Program-made: the position numbers and the translations under genes
Assembly: GCA_963743305.1 (NCBI GenBank)
Contig: CAVUPH010000014.1
Coordinates: 192,001 to 256,000, forward strand
Origin: an uncultured delta proteobacterium
GTDB lineage: Bacteria; Desulfobacterota; RBG-13-43-22
DNA length: 64,000 nt
Direction: 5' to 3'
Shown here: positions 17,402 through 26,888 of the stretch, piece after piece
Numbering within the stretch: position 1 is the stretch's first letter
Layout: the number at the start of each line of letters is the position of its first letter
The notes under the pieces: model-generated
Told to the model about the DNA's origin: nothing
The model's input: only the letters and a program-made list of their open reading frames with translations
The model's database searches: none

Positions 17402-18787
17402 TTGAATTCAGGAAAAATCCTGATCATTGACGATACCGCCTATATCCTCGATTTATTATCCGAGTTTTTGGGGGCGAAGGGGTACGAGGTCAAGATTGCC
17501 CAAGACGGTACAACCGGGATTGCCGGGTTGGAAAAGGATTCCTATGATCTGGTTTTAACGGACTTAAAAATGCCGGGATTGGGCGGGATGGACGTTTTGA
17601 ACTATGTCATCAATCACTGCCCGGAGACCCTTTGCATCATTTTGACCGGACATGGGTCCATTAAAAACGCGGTTGCCGCGGTTAAAGCCGGGGCCTACGA
17701 CTATCTGACCAAACCGGTGGATCTGGAAGAAATTCTGATCGCGATTAAGCGGGCGATCGAATTCCGCAACCTAAAAAGGGAAAACGTTCTGCTTCGGAAC
17801 CAGTTAAGGAAGAAGTATAGATTTGATAATATCATCGGCGACAGCGGCCCCATGCAAAAGGTATTTGAAACCATTGAAAAAGTGGCCGACACCGACAGCA
17901 CCATCATGATTTTGGGAGAAAGCGGCACCGGAAAGGAACTCGTGGCCCGAGCGCTTCATTATAACAGCAGCCGGGCCAAGGGCCCCATTGTGCCGGTCAA
18001 TTGCGCGGCTATTCCCTCTGAGTTGTTGGAGAGCGAACTTTTCGGCCATGAGAAGGGGGCTTTCACCAATGCCATCCGGACCCGGATCGGTCGATTTGAA
18101 TTGGCCCATGGGGGCACAATTTTTTTAGACGAAATAGGTGACATGGATCCGGTGCTGCAGAGCAAACTATTACGGGTATTGCAAGACCGGGCCTTTGAAC
18201 GCATTGGAGGTACTCGAACTATTCACGTCGATATCCGCGTGATTACGGCCACGCACCGTAATCTAAGAAAGGCGGTGGAGGACGGTCACTTTCGAGAAGA
18301 CTTGTATTATCGACTCAACGTAATTCCTATTGAGATCCCACCGCTACGGGAGCATAAATCCGATATCCCGCTTTTAGTCCATCATTTTATTGACCAGTTT
18401 AACCAAGGCAAAAAACGAAATATCCAGGGCCTGGAGGAGGAGGCCCTAAAAAGGCTCCAGGATTACGAATGGCCCGGGAATATTCGCGAGTTGGAAAATA
18501 TGATTGAACGGGTCTCGATCCTGACCAATAACGAGGTGATTACTCTTTCGGATCTACCGGAAAGGATCCAAAAAATCCCGCCTCAAGATCAAGCCGTGCC
18601 CCCCGACATTCCGGAAGAGGGGATCTTTCTGGATACCGCTGTCAATGAATTCGAACGAAAATTGATTCTCCAGGCCCTGATCAAGACCGGGTGGGTTAAA
18701 AACAAGGCGGCTCAATTGTTGAACCTCAACCGGACGACCTTGATCGAAAAAATAAAACGCCAAAACCTTCAGGCCCCCCCGACTTAG
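17402..18787 (+). CDS. sigma54-dependent response regulator (REC-AAA+-HTH), probable master flagellar activator
   Basis: IIDD, LTD54LKMP, GESGTGKE, GAFTNA, FLDEIG, WPGNIRELEN, HTH LNRTTLIEK; TTG start. Confidence 0.9.
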   Translation: MNSGKILIIDDTAYILDLLSEFLGAKGYEVKIAQDGTTGIAGLEKDSYDLVLTDLKMPGLGGMDVLNYVINHCPETLCIILTGHGSIKNAVAAVKAGAYDYLTKPVDLEEILIAIKRAIEFRNLKRENVLLRNQLRKKYRFDNIIGDSGPMQKVFETIEKVADTDSTIMILGESGTGKELVARALHYNSSRAKGPIVPVNCAAIPSELLESELFGHEKGAFTNAIRTRIGRFELAHGGTIFLDEIGDMDPVLQSKLLRVLQDRAFERIGGTRTIHVDIRVITATHRNLRKAVEDGHFREDLYYRLNVIPIEIPPLREHKSDIPLLVHHFIDQFNQGKKRNIQGLEEEALKRLQDYEWPGNIRELENMIERVSILTNNEVITLSDLPERIQKIPPQDQAVPPDIPEEGIFLDTAVNEFERKLILQALIKTGWVKNKAAQLLNLNRTTLIEKIKRQNLQAPPT

Positions 18788-18821
18788 CGCCAGCCTCACT
18801 CCAGGATCTCTGGGCAAGCGA

Positions 18822-18865
18822 GTCAAAAATTTGACACATTGAACGAACACCGTCGATATTTTTAC
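18822..18865. promoter_or_regulatory. FleQ-box-like enhancer pair
   Basis: GTCAAAAATTTGAC (18822-18835) and degenerate GTCGATATTTTTAC (18852-18865). Confidence 0.6.
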
Positions 18866-18898
18866 TTTCGTCAGCCATCCATTTAAATCCCTTCTTTC

Positions 18899-18911
18899 TA
18901 ACAATTTGATT
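18899..18911 (-). promoter_or_regulatory. IHF binding site
   Basis: AATCAAATTGTTA is an exact WATCAANNNNTTR match, between the enhancer and the sigma54 promoter. Confidence 0.6.
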
Positions 18912-18939
18912 TCAATCACCATGCTGGACCCGGAGCTAT

Positions 18940-18955
18940 TGGCATACTCCTTGCT
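18940..18955 (+). promoter_or_regulatory. sigma54 promoter
   Basis: TGGCATACTCCTTGCT. Confidence 0.8.
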
Positions 18956-19021
18956 CAAAGCACACATGGGACCCGGCCGAAAAAGTTGGCCTAGGGGTCC
19001 GGGGAAAGGATTCTGCGGATT

Positions 19022-20824
19022 TTGTTTCGAGCCAGGCCAAGCTATTTATTACGCATCGGTTTGATCTTTGTCGGATTGGCGGGGGTATTCCCGGGTTCGT
19101 TCCTGCGAGCGCAGGATCCGGAGGTGGCCGTGGGGGAGTTATTTCAAATCAAATCGGAGTCCGCGGAAGGAAAGATCCGGGTGATCTTGAAAATCAGGCA
19201 CCCGGTTAAGCATACGGTCTTCTCCCTGACCAATCCGGACCGGATCGTTATTAATTTGACCCCCAGCCTATTAAAATTGAGTCCTATTCCGGAATTGAAA
19301 ACCGGACCTATTCAACGACTGCGCTGTTCCCAATTCAACGAAAAGACGGTTCGCCTGGTTCTGGATCTGAAGCTAAAAGTCCCTTATTCAGTATCCACCC
19401 CGGGGGGTGATCCTTTTCAACTTTGGATCGATCTTGAAGATAACTTGAAAAAAGCCGAGACCCCGGCAGCGGCTCAATTCTCAAACGAATCCGTTTCCCT
19501 TGCCCGGAACAAGGAGGCAGAGGACCGGAAAACCGGGAAAACGGTCGAAAAAAACTCCCCACCGGTGTCCAAGATGAAAGAAGCCATCGCTTCGGTTACT
19601 CCGGAATCCACCCCCAAGGGCAGCCCTCCGGAACCGTTGCTGGAGACCGGGCGCGGCCTCCTGGAGCAAAAAAAATACGCCCAGGGAAGGGAGGCGTTTT
19701 TCCATTATCTGAATGTAGTCCCCTTGGAAAAACTTGATTTGCGGGTTGTGGAAGAAATCGTTCACAGTTATCGTTTGGAGGGAAACGCCCTTCAGGGCGA
19801 AAAGGCCCGCCGTCAAATTCTTCAAGCCTTCTCCCAGGCTCATGGACCCGCCGCCTTTCCGGCTTTAGCACAACTTGCTGATTTTTATATTGAATCAAAG
19901 CAATACCTGCTGGCCATCCAGCTCATCACTCCTTTGGAATCCTTTCCTCAGGAAAAAAATGAAGGGAAAAAAATCTTCCAATCCCAGCTCCAAAGAGCCT
20001 TGATTCCTGTGCTGGAAGGGTTTTTCGCTCAGTCCAACTATACGGAAGTGCTCCGCTCGTATTACCGGCATCGGGAAGCCTTGCCGGATAGTCCGGAACC
20101 CCGGCTCTTCGTTCTATTGGGAAAAAGTTTCAAGGCCCTGGGACTGCCTGACCAGGCCGGCCGCTATTTCCAGGCGGCCTGGCAGCGGGGAAACCAGGAA
20201 CCCCGGGAAATGGTGGTGGATTGGGCGGAAATACTTATCGAAAAAGGCGATCAGGCCTCCGCCGTACCGCTCCTACGAAAGTTGATTGATCACCCGTCCG
20301 TTCCGGAAATTGAAAAACTGCGGGCTTACCTGCTTTTAGGCCGGGGTTGGTACCGGCAAGGTAACTATGTCGAAGGGCTGAAGATCCTGGAGGAGTCCAT
20401 CGCCCGATATCCTTCCACGGAGGCCTATCCTGAGCGCTGGTATCTTTTGGGGTCCCTTTATTATGAAAGCCCGGCATTGAACCTCAAGGCCTATGAGGCC
20501 CTAAGGAAATTTATTGTCCGGAGCCAGGACCCGGCCAAAACCGCCTTGGCTTATGAGCGGATCGGAGACCTCTATTTTAGGGAAAAAAAAGGGGCCGCGG
20601 CCTGGGAGGCTTACCACCAGGCCCAGCAATTAAACCGACGGCCGGCTTCCCCCTTCTTGGCGCAAAAGATAAACCAATGCCGCTTGTTTTTGGAACCGAA
20701 GGGCCAGGGATCAATCCCGGCGAATCCGACCGGCGAAATAGACCCTTTTTGGAAGAAGGTCTATGACTCGAGGGCGAGCCAGCAAGTCCTGGAGAAAAAG
20801 ATCAGCGACTTGAGGCTAAACTGA
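19022..20824 (+). CDS. Exported AMIN-domain + TPR-repeat protein
   Basis: Signal-like N-terminus; FSLTNPDRIVINL...SQFNEKTVRLVLDL (AMIN); multiple helical TPR-like repeats. Confidence 0.75.
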   Translation: MFRARPSYLLRIGLIFVGLAGVFPGSFLRAQDPEVAVGELFQIKSESAEGKIRVILKIRHPVKHTVFSLTNPDRIVINLTPSLLKLSPIPELKTGPIQRLRCSQFNEKTVRLVLDLKLKVPYSVSTPGGDPFQLWIDLEDNLKKAETPAAAQFSNESVSLARNKEAEDRKTGKTVEKNSPPVSKMKEAIASVTPESTPKGSPPEPLLETGRGLLEQKKYAQGREAFFHYLNVVPLEKLDLRVVEEIVHSYRLEGNALQGEKARRQILQAFSQAHGPAAFPALAQLADFYIESKQYLLAIQLITPLESFPQEKNEGKKIFQSQLQRALIPVLEGFFAQSNYTEVLRSYYRHREALPDSPEPRLFVLLGKSFKALGLPDQAGRYFQAAWQRGNQEPREMVVDWAEILIEKGDQASAVPLLRKLIDHPSVPEIEKLRAYLLLGRGWYRQGNYVEGLKILEESIARYPSTEAYPERWYLLGSLYYESPALNLKAYEALRKFIVRSQDPAKTALAYERIGDLYFREKKGAAAWEAYHQAQQLNRRPASPFLAQKINQCRLFLEPKGQGSIPANPTGEIDPFWKKVYDSRASQQVLEKKISDLRLN

Positions 20825-20827
20825 CCC

Positions 20828-22246
20828 ATGGGCGAAAAGGCATTATTAATTGCGGAAAACGACCCCGAAGCCCGGGAGGTTTTTGTAGAAAGCTGCCCCA
20901 AAAACGGTTTTTGGATCCAATGGGTCAATAGGGGGGAAGAAGCCCTCCGCTGGTTGGACCAAAGACCTTTCGATCTGGTGATTACCGAAATGGAACTGGA
21001 AGATTTAAGCGGCCTACAGCTTTTGGGTCAGGTCAAACAGCGTTTTCCGGAGACGCCGGTCATCGTTATGACCGCCGGGGGAAGCATTCCACAGGCCATC
21101 GAGGCCATCAAGCAAGGGGCCTTGGATTACGTAGTCAAGCCTCTTTCCGGGGTCTGGTTGGAAGAACGAATCGGGCAGCTCGAGCATCAGCGGACAGGGT
21201 CGTTGGGCGAACCCGAGGGCCCCATCAGGGCCGGATCAGTGTCCCGCCCGATTGTCACCCAGAACCGGAAGATGCTGGATCTCCTGGAATTATGCCGCAA
21301 GGTCGCTGCCAGTAAAGCCACTGTGCTGATTCAGGGAGAGAGCGGCACGGGAAAAGAACTGTTTGCCCGCTATCTCCACGAGCGCAGTCCCCGAAATAAG
21401 GAGGCTTTTATTGCCGTCAATTGTGCCTCTCTCCCAGACGGGCTATTGGAAAGCGAATTGTTCGGCCATGAAAAGGGGGCCTTTACCGGGGCCATCCAAA
21501 AAAAATTGGGGAAATTTGAGTTGGCGCAGCGGGGGTCCATTTTATTGGATGAAATCAGTGAAATGAATACTCAATTGCAGGCCAAGCTGCTCCGGGTGCT
21601 GCAGGAAAACGAGTTGGATCGGATCGGCGGACGACATCCGGTTCCTCTGGATATACGGGTCATCGCCACAACCAATCGAAATCTAGAAGAGAGCGTTGAG
21701 AAGGGGGATTTTCGCGCCGACCTGTATTACCGTTTAAATGTCATCCCTTTGCGCATTCCGCCTTTGCGGGAACGCCCGGAGGATATTGAACTGCTGGTCG
21801 CCTATTTTGTGCGAAAATTAGCCAAACTCTATAATCGAGATGTGGTTCGGGTGGCGGACCAGGCTTTGAACTGGATCAGGCAACGGGAGTGGCGGGGAAA
21901 TGTCCGCGAACTGGAAAACCTGTTGGAACGTACCGTGCTTATCTCCTCCGGTCCGACGATTGAAATGAAAGATTTTTGCCTGGAGGACTCCGCGCCCCCG
22001 ACACCGGAGGTCCGGATCGATGGGTCGTCGACTTTCTCCCTCCGGGAAGTAGAAAAAGACCTGATCTTCAAGGCCTTGGATAAGACGGAGGGCAACCGAA
22101 CCCAGGCTGCCAATATTCTGGGTATCAGCGTCCGGACCCTCCGGAACAAACTGCAGGAATATAAGCAGGAGGCGGGGTCCTGGACGGAGGAGGGATTGGT
22201 CCCGATTCACCCCCCGACCATGGTATGGGATTTGCAGAAAGCTTAA
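20828..22246 (+). CDS. sigma54-dependent flagellar activator (FlbD/FleR/FlgR-like) with atypical receiver (E54)
   Basis: GESGTGKE, GAFTGA, HTH LGISVRTLRNKLQEY; receiver reads LLIAEND...DLVITEMELE. Confidence 0.9.
   Translation: MGEKALLIAENDPEAREVFVESCPKNGFWIQWVNRGEEALRWLDQRPFDLVITEMELEDLSGLQLLGQVKQRFPETPVIVMTAGGSIPQAIEAIKQGALDYVVKPLSGVWLEERIGQLEHQRTGSLGEPEGPIRAGSVSRPIVTQNRKMLDLLELCRKVAASKATVLIQGESGTGKELFARYLHERSPRNKEAFIAVNCASLPDGLLESELFGHEKGAFTGAIQKKLGKFELAQRGSILLDEISEMNTQLQAKLLRVLQENELDRIGGRHPVPLDIRVIATTNRNLEESVEKGDFRADLYYRLNVIPLRIPPLRERPEDIELLVAYFVRKLAKLYNRDVVRVADQALNWIRQREWRGNVRELENLLERTVLISSGPTIEMKDFCLEDSAPPTPEVRIDGSSTFSLREVEKDLIFKALDKTEGNRTQAANILGISVRTLRNKLQEYKQEAGSWTEEGLVPIHPPTMVWDLQKA
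22221..22236 (+). promoter_or_regulatory. sigma54 promoter of the flgB operon, inside the 3' end of the upstream gene
   Basis: TGGTATGGGATTTGCA (GG-N10-GC). Confidence 0.65.
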
Positions 22247-22268
22247 GGATAAAAAGGATGAGGTGCTT

Positions 22269-22682
22269 ATGAATCATTTTTTATCCGGTGCACTGTTTGA
22301 TCGAACCATCCATTTTCTGGAAAAATCTTTAAATCTCCGGGGTGCGCGCCAGGGGATACTGACCAGTAATATTGCCAACGCCGAGACCCCCGGCTATTCG
22401 GCCAAGGATCTCCCTTTCCGGCAAATCATGCGCCAAAAGATGGGAGATCCATCCACCGTCTCGGTGCAAAAAACACATCCCCAACATTTTCCCGACCCGG
22501 GGTCGTCCCCGGAAATGGAGTCCGGTCTGCCCTGGTCGGTCGAAACCGTATCCTCGGGAGTTAATATCGACCAGGAAATGACCAAGCTGGCGGAAAACAA
22601 CCTCCAATACCAATCGGCCGTCCAGGCCCTGAGCAAGAAATTGGAAACCATTAAATACGTCATTTCCAGTGGGGGGCAATAA
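22269..22682 (+). CDS. flgB: Flagellar basal-body rod protein FlgB
   Basis: SNIANAETPGYSAKDLPF; VNIDQEMTKLAENNLQY. Confidence 0.93.
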   Translation: MNHFLSGALFDRTIHFLEKSLNLRGARQGILTSNIANAETPGYSAKDLPFRQIMRQKMGDPSTVSVQKTHPQHFPDPGSSPEMESGLPWSVETVSSGVNIDQEMTKLAENNLQYQSAVQALSKKLETIKYVISSGGQ

Positions 22683-22687
22683 ATCGA

Positions 22688-23125
22688 ATGGACCTTTTTA
22701 AAGCAATGAACATCAGTGGCACGAGCCTCAATACCCAACGGACGGTGATGAATATTATCTCCACCAATGTCGCCAACGCGCAAACCACCCGAACGGAAGA
22801 GGGCGGTCCCTACCGGAGGAAAATCGCCGTTTTGGGACCGGCGGAGGTGCCCTCCGATTTTTCCCAAATTTTCGCCGGACACGCAGAAAAGGGACAGGAG
22901 GGGGTGGAGGTCAAGGAAATAGTGGCCGACATGAGCGATTTGGCGACCCAGTATGATCCCCAGCATCCGGATGCGGATGAACGGGGCTACGTCACCTTGC
23001 CGAATGTCAATATTTTAGAGGAGATGGTGCAGTTGATGAGCGCCGCTCGAAATTACGAGGCCAGCGTTACAGCCTTTAATTCCGCCAAAAATATGATTCT
23101 TAAGGCCCTAGAAATCGGCCGATAA
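22688..23125 (+). CDS. flgC: Flagellar basal-body rod protein FlgC
   Basis: NVANAQTTRT..GGPYRRK; YDPQHPDADERGYV.LPNVN. Confidence 0.95.
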   Translation: MDLFKAMNISGTSLNTQRTVMNIISTNVANAQTTRTEEGGPYRRKIAVLGPAEVPSDFSQIFAGHAEKGQEGVEVKEIVADMSDLATQYDPQHPDADERGYVTLPNVNILEEMVQLMSAARNYEASVTAFNSAKNMILKALEIGR

Positions 23126-23148
23126 CTTGAAAAGGAGGAAACCGAATT

Positions 23149-23448
23149 ATGAACGCCATTTACGGTCTGGATCCAACCACTAATCGCCTGTCGGCTGGGG
23201 AACAAGTCGGCCGACGAGAAGTGGCGACGGCGGGTTTTAAGGAATCCCTCGCCCAAACAGTCCGCGAAATCGACGGCCTGCAAAAAGAGGCCGATCAGTC
23301 CATTGAAACCATGGCCGCCGGGGAGCCAAAAGACGTCCATGAAGTGATGATCGCCATGGAGAAGGCGGGGATCTCCCTGCGCTTAATGGTGCAAGTCCGC
23401 AACAAGATTATGAACGCTTACGAAGAAATCATGCGTCTGCAAGTATAG
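23149..23448 (+). CDS. fliE: Hook-basal body protein FliE
   Basis: DVHEVMIAMEKA...QVRNKIMNAYEEIMRLQV. Confidence 0.95.
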   Translation: MNAIYGLDPTTNRLSAGEQVGRREVATAGFKESLAQTVREIDGLQKEADQSIETMAAGEPKDVHEVMIAMEKAGISLRLMVQVRNKIMNAYEEIMRLQV

Positions 23449-23468
23449 GGCGTTGAAGGCACGGGATA

Positions 23469-25145
23469 ATGGCCTCCAAATTGATCGAACAATCTGCTCA
23501 GCTAGTCGGCTCCATATCCAAGGGACGACTGTTTTCCCTGATCGCCATCCTCCTGGTGGCCGGGATAGGGTTCGGATCCCTCATCTTCTGGAATACCCGC
23601 CCGGAGTATCAGGTCCTGTTCAGCAACCTTTCCCCGGAAGACGCCGGCGAGATTGCCAACAAACTCAAGGAAAAGAAAATTCTCTATCAGGTGACGAACA
23701 GCGGGACGGCGGTTCTGATCCCCCGGGAACAGGTGTATGACACCCGACTGTCGCTGGCTTCAGAGGGGCTGCCCAAAGGCGGAGGTGTCGGATTTGAAGT
23801 ATTTGATCGCACCAATTTGGGAACCACCGACTTTGTCCAGAAATTAAATTATCAAAGGGCGTTGTCGGGAGAGTTGGCCAGGACGATCAAGCAATTAAAA
23901 GAAATTGACCAGGCCCGGGTCCATATTGTCACTCCTAAGGATTCACTCTTTGTGGAAGAACAGAGAAAACCGACGGCTTCGGTCCTGGTGAAAACCCGTT
24001 CGGGGATGACTTTGGGGCCCTCTCAGGTGGATGGCATTATCCATTTGGTGGCCAGCGCCGTGGAAGGCTTGGACCCCAACAATGTGACCGTGGTGGATCA
24101 AACCGGTAAAATGCTGACCAAGAAAAACGACGGCTCTCCTGCAGGCCAGTTGACCACCAGCCAGTTGGATTATCAGCGCAACATTGAGGAGGGCCTGAAA
24201 AAGAAAATCCAGGGAATGCTGGAAGGAGTGGTCGGTCCCGATAAAGCCATTGCCCGGGTTTCGGCGGATATGGATTTCCAGCAAGTCAATATCACCGAGG
24301 AACGTTTTGATCCGGCCACGGTTATTCGCAGCGAACAGAAAACGCTGGAAAAATCGTCCAGCACCACGGGTGGCAAGATCGGTGCGGACAAAGAAGGTTT
24401 TGTTTCACTAAAGTTGCCGGCCGAATCCAAGAACCCTGCCCGACCCGGCGCCGCGGCCGGCAGCAAAACCTTTTCCGGGAGCACGGCCGGCGGCAGTGAA
24501 ACGATCTCGGAACGACAAAACGAAACCAAAAATTATGAAATCACCAAGATCAATAAACAGATCCGCGGCCCGGCCGGAATGATCAAAAAAATTTCGACAG
24601 CGGTGATTATTGACGGGACCTACAAGGAAAGTGTGGGCGCCAAAGGGGCCAAGATCCGGCAGTTCGTCCCCAGGCCGCCGGAAGAGATGAAAAACTTTGA
24701 AAACATGGTGAAAAAAGCTATCGGCTTTGACGACAGCCGCGGGGACCAGGTTGAAGTCACTTCCATGCCCTTTGCCTGGTCGGCCCTGGAGGATGGGCCC
24801 CGGTCCGAGACCGGATCGGCCTGGAAGGACTATTTCCAAATGCTGTATAAACCTTTGATCAGCTTGGTTTTGGCCTTGCTGTTTTTCTTTTTGGTGATCA
24901 AACCGATGATGAAAAGAAATCTCTTCAGCGGTTTTCGGACGGAAGAACAGGTGTTATTGGACCAGCTTCGGCCGCGGCCAGCGCTGCCCCCGGGGACGGA
25001 AGGCGGCGCGGTCCCGCAAATTGCCCAGAACGAGGAGGCCGGCCTTCTTAAGGGAATGGACCGGAAACAGATATTTCAGTCCGTGGAGGAAGACCCCACC
25101 AAAGCGGCCGAAATTGTCAAATCCTGGCTGCACGAAAAAGGGTAA
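23469..25145 (+). CDS. fliF: MS-ring protein FliF
   Basis: GLPKGGGVGFEVFD, YQRALSGELARTI, ARVHIV.PK.SLF, AIGFDDSRGDQV. Confidence 0.95.
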   Translation: MASKLIEQSAQLVGSISKGRLFSLIAILLVAGIGFGSLIFWNTRPEYQVLFSNLSPEDAGEIANKLKEKKILYQVTNSGTAVLIPREQVYDTRLSLASEGLPKGGGVGFEVFDRTNLGTTDFVQKLNYQRALSGELARTIKQLKEIDQARVHIVTPKDSLFVEEQRKPTASVLVKTRSGMTLGPSQVDGIIHLVASAVEGLDPNNVTVVDQTGKMLTKKNDGSPAGQLTTSQLDYQRNIEEGLKKKIQGMLEGVVGPDKAIARVSADMDFQQVNITEERFDPATVIRSEQKTLEKSSSTTGGKIGADKEGFVSLKLPAESKNPARPGAAAGSKTFSGSTAGGSETISERQNETKNYEITKINKQIRGPAGMIKKISTAVIIDGTYKESVGAKGAKIRQFVPRPPEEMKNFENMVKKAIGFDDSRGDQVEVTSMPFAWSALEDGPRSETGSAWKDYFQMLYKPLISLVLALLFFFLVIKPMMKRNLFSGFRTEEQVLLDQLRPRPALPPGTEGGAVPQIAQNEEAGLLKGMDRKQIFQSVEEDPTKAAEIVKSWLHEKG

Positions 25146-25154
25146 ACGAGAGTC

Positions 25155-26171
25155 ATGACCAACGAAAAATTAACCGGTCCGCAGAAAGCCGCCATGTTCT
25201 TGCTCAGTCTGGGCGAGGAATTAACCACTAATATCATCAAGCAGATGGATGAGGAGGAGATTAAAAAATTGGGCAGCCATATTGCCCAGGTCAACTACAT
25301 CGGTCCTAAAACCATAGAAAGCATTTTCTCTGAATTCAGCAGCCTCTATACCGTGGACCAACCCCTTCTCCTGAGTTCCCAGGGAAGCAATCAGTTCCTG
25401 AAGAACGTGGTGACCCGGGCCATCCCAGGGGAAAAGGGCCAGGAGATCATTGATGAGATCGAGGAGCAAGGCAAGTGGAAATTATTTCAAAAAATAAAGA
25501 AATATGATCCCAAAACCTTAGCCAATTTTATTCGCAATGAACATCCCCAGACCATTGCCATTATTTTATCCCACCTGGAGTCGGGGCAGGCGGCCGCCAT
25601 TTTAAGCGAGCTGCCGATCAACCTTCAAACCGAAGTGGTTTTTCGGGTAGCCGAATTGGAAAATGTGTCCCCGGAAATCGTGGAAGAAATCGATCAGGCG
25701 TTAATGGAAGAAGTAGCGGCGGTCAAAAGCTTTGAGGGGCAGCAGATTGGTGGCGTACGCTCGGTGGCCGAAATGCTGAACCAGATGGACAGTTCCATGG
25801 AGGGTAATATTTTAAAGGGAATCGAAGAATTCCGACAGGGCCTGGCCGATGAAATCCGCCAGTTGATGTTTATCTTTGAAGACCTGATCAATGTGGACGA
25901 TCGAGGCATTATGGCCATCCTGAAGGAAGTCAATAACGAAGAATTAATCCTGGCCATGAAAACGGCGTCGGACGAAATGAAGGATAAGATCTTCAAGAAC
26001 ATGTCCGAACGGGCGGCGCAAATGATGAAGGAGGACCTCGAGGTGATGGGGCCGGTGCGGCTCAAAGACGTGGAAGTGGCTCAACAGTCGATTATCAAAA
26101 TCGCTAAAAAACTGGAAGCCGAAGGCAAAATCGTTCTGGCCGGAAAAGGCAGCGAAGAGGCTTTGGTGTAA
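25155..26171 (+). CDS. fliG: Motor switch protein FliG
   Basis: LTGPQKAA, EHPQTIAIIL, MFIFEDL, NMSERAA, GPVRLKDVE. Confidence 0.96.
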   Translation: MTNEKLTGPQKAAMFLLSLGEELTTNIIKQMDEEEIKKLGSHIAQVNYIGPKTIESIFSEFSSLYTVDQPLLLSSQGSNQFLKNVVTRAIPGEKGQEIIDEIEEQGKWKLFQKIKKYDPKTLANFIRNEHPQTIAIILSHLESGQAAAILSELPINLQTEVVFRVAELENVSPEIVEEIDQALMEEVAAVKSFEGQQIGGVRSVAEMLNQMDSSMEGNILKGIEEFRQGLADEIRQLMFIFEDLINVDDRGIMAILKEVNNEELILAMKTASDEMKDKIFKNMSERAAQMMKEDLEVMGPVRLKDVEVAQQSIIKIAKKLEAEGKIVLAGKGSEEALV

Positions 26172-26183
26172 GGAGTCGAACCG

Positions 26184-26888
26184 ATGCCCGCCGGGACCTC
26201 CCCAAAAAGTTTTTCCCTCAATCCCTTTCTCCGGAAGGACCCAAATCCGGATTTTCACCTGGGGGCCATCCAACCCCAATCGCCTAAAAGTCAATTTCAG
26301 TTCCATCCCCAGGTGACCCGGTATATGGAGGAGATGCAGGAACAGGTTTATCAGGAACTAAAGGAGAAGGCCTCGCAGATCGAACACGAGGCGTACGAGA
26401 AGGGCTTTGCTCAGGGGGAAAAAGACGGCCAGGAGAGCGGACAAAAGCGCCTGGAAGTGGTCATCAAACGGATCAACGCCCTCTTGACTCAAATTGAAAG
26501 CCAGAAAATAACCCTTTTCGAGCGGTTCGAACGGGACATGGTCGATTTTGCCTTTTGTCTGATCAAAAAGATACTCCAGCGGGAATCGCGATTGACGGCC
26601 GGAGTCATCAAGGACACCTTGTCGACGGCCCTTAAAAAGACCGAGGAAAACCGAAAGGTCATCCTCCACATCAACCCGGTGGATTATAGATATCTTCTGG
26701 CCCATCCGGATCAGATCCCCTGGGTGCTGAATGACCGAGAACGGGTAAGGATTCTGGAGGACGAAGCCATTACCCCCGGGGGCGGGCTCCTGGAAACAGA
26801 ATTAGGGGTCATCGACGCCACCCTCGAAGGCCAGTTTGACCAGATCGTGGAACAGATCCAATGCCGATTGCCACAGGGGGGAAAATGA
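26184..26888 (+). CDS. fliH: Flagellar assembly protein FliH
   Basis: AYEKGFAQGEKDG (GxxxG repeats); INPVD; ITPGGGLLETELGVIDA. Confidence 0.9.
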   Translation: MPAGTSPKSFSLNPFLRKDPNPDFHLGAIQPQSPKSQFQFHPQVTRYMEEMQEQVYQELKEKASQIEHEAYEKGFAQGEKDGQESGQKRLEVVIKRINALLTQIESQKITLFERFERDMVDFAFCLIKKILQRESRLTAGVIKDTLSTALKKTEENRKVILHINPVDYRYLLAHPDQIPWVLNDRERVRILEDEAITPGGGLLETELGVIDATLEGQFDQIVEQIQCRLPQGGK

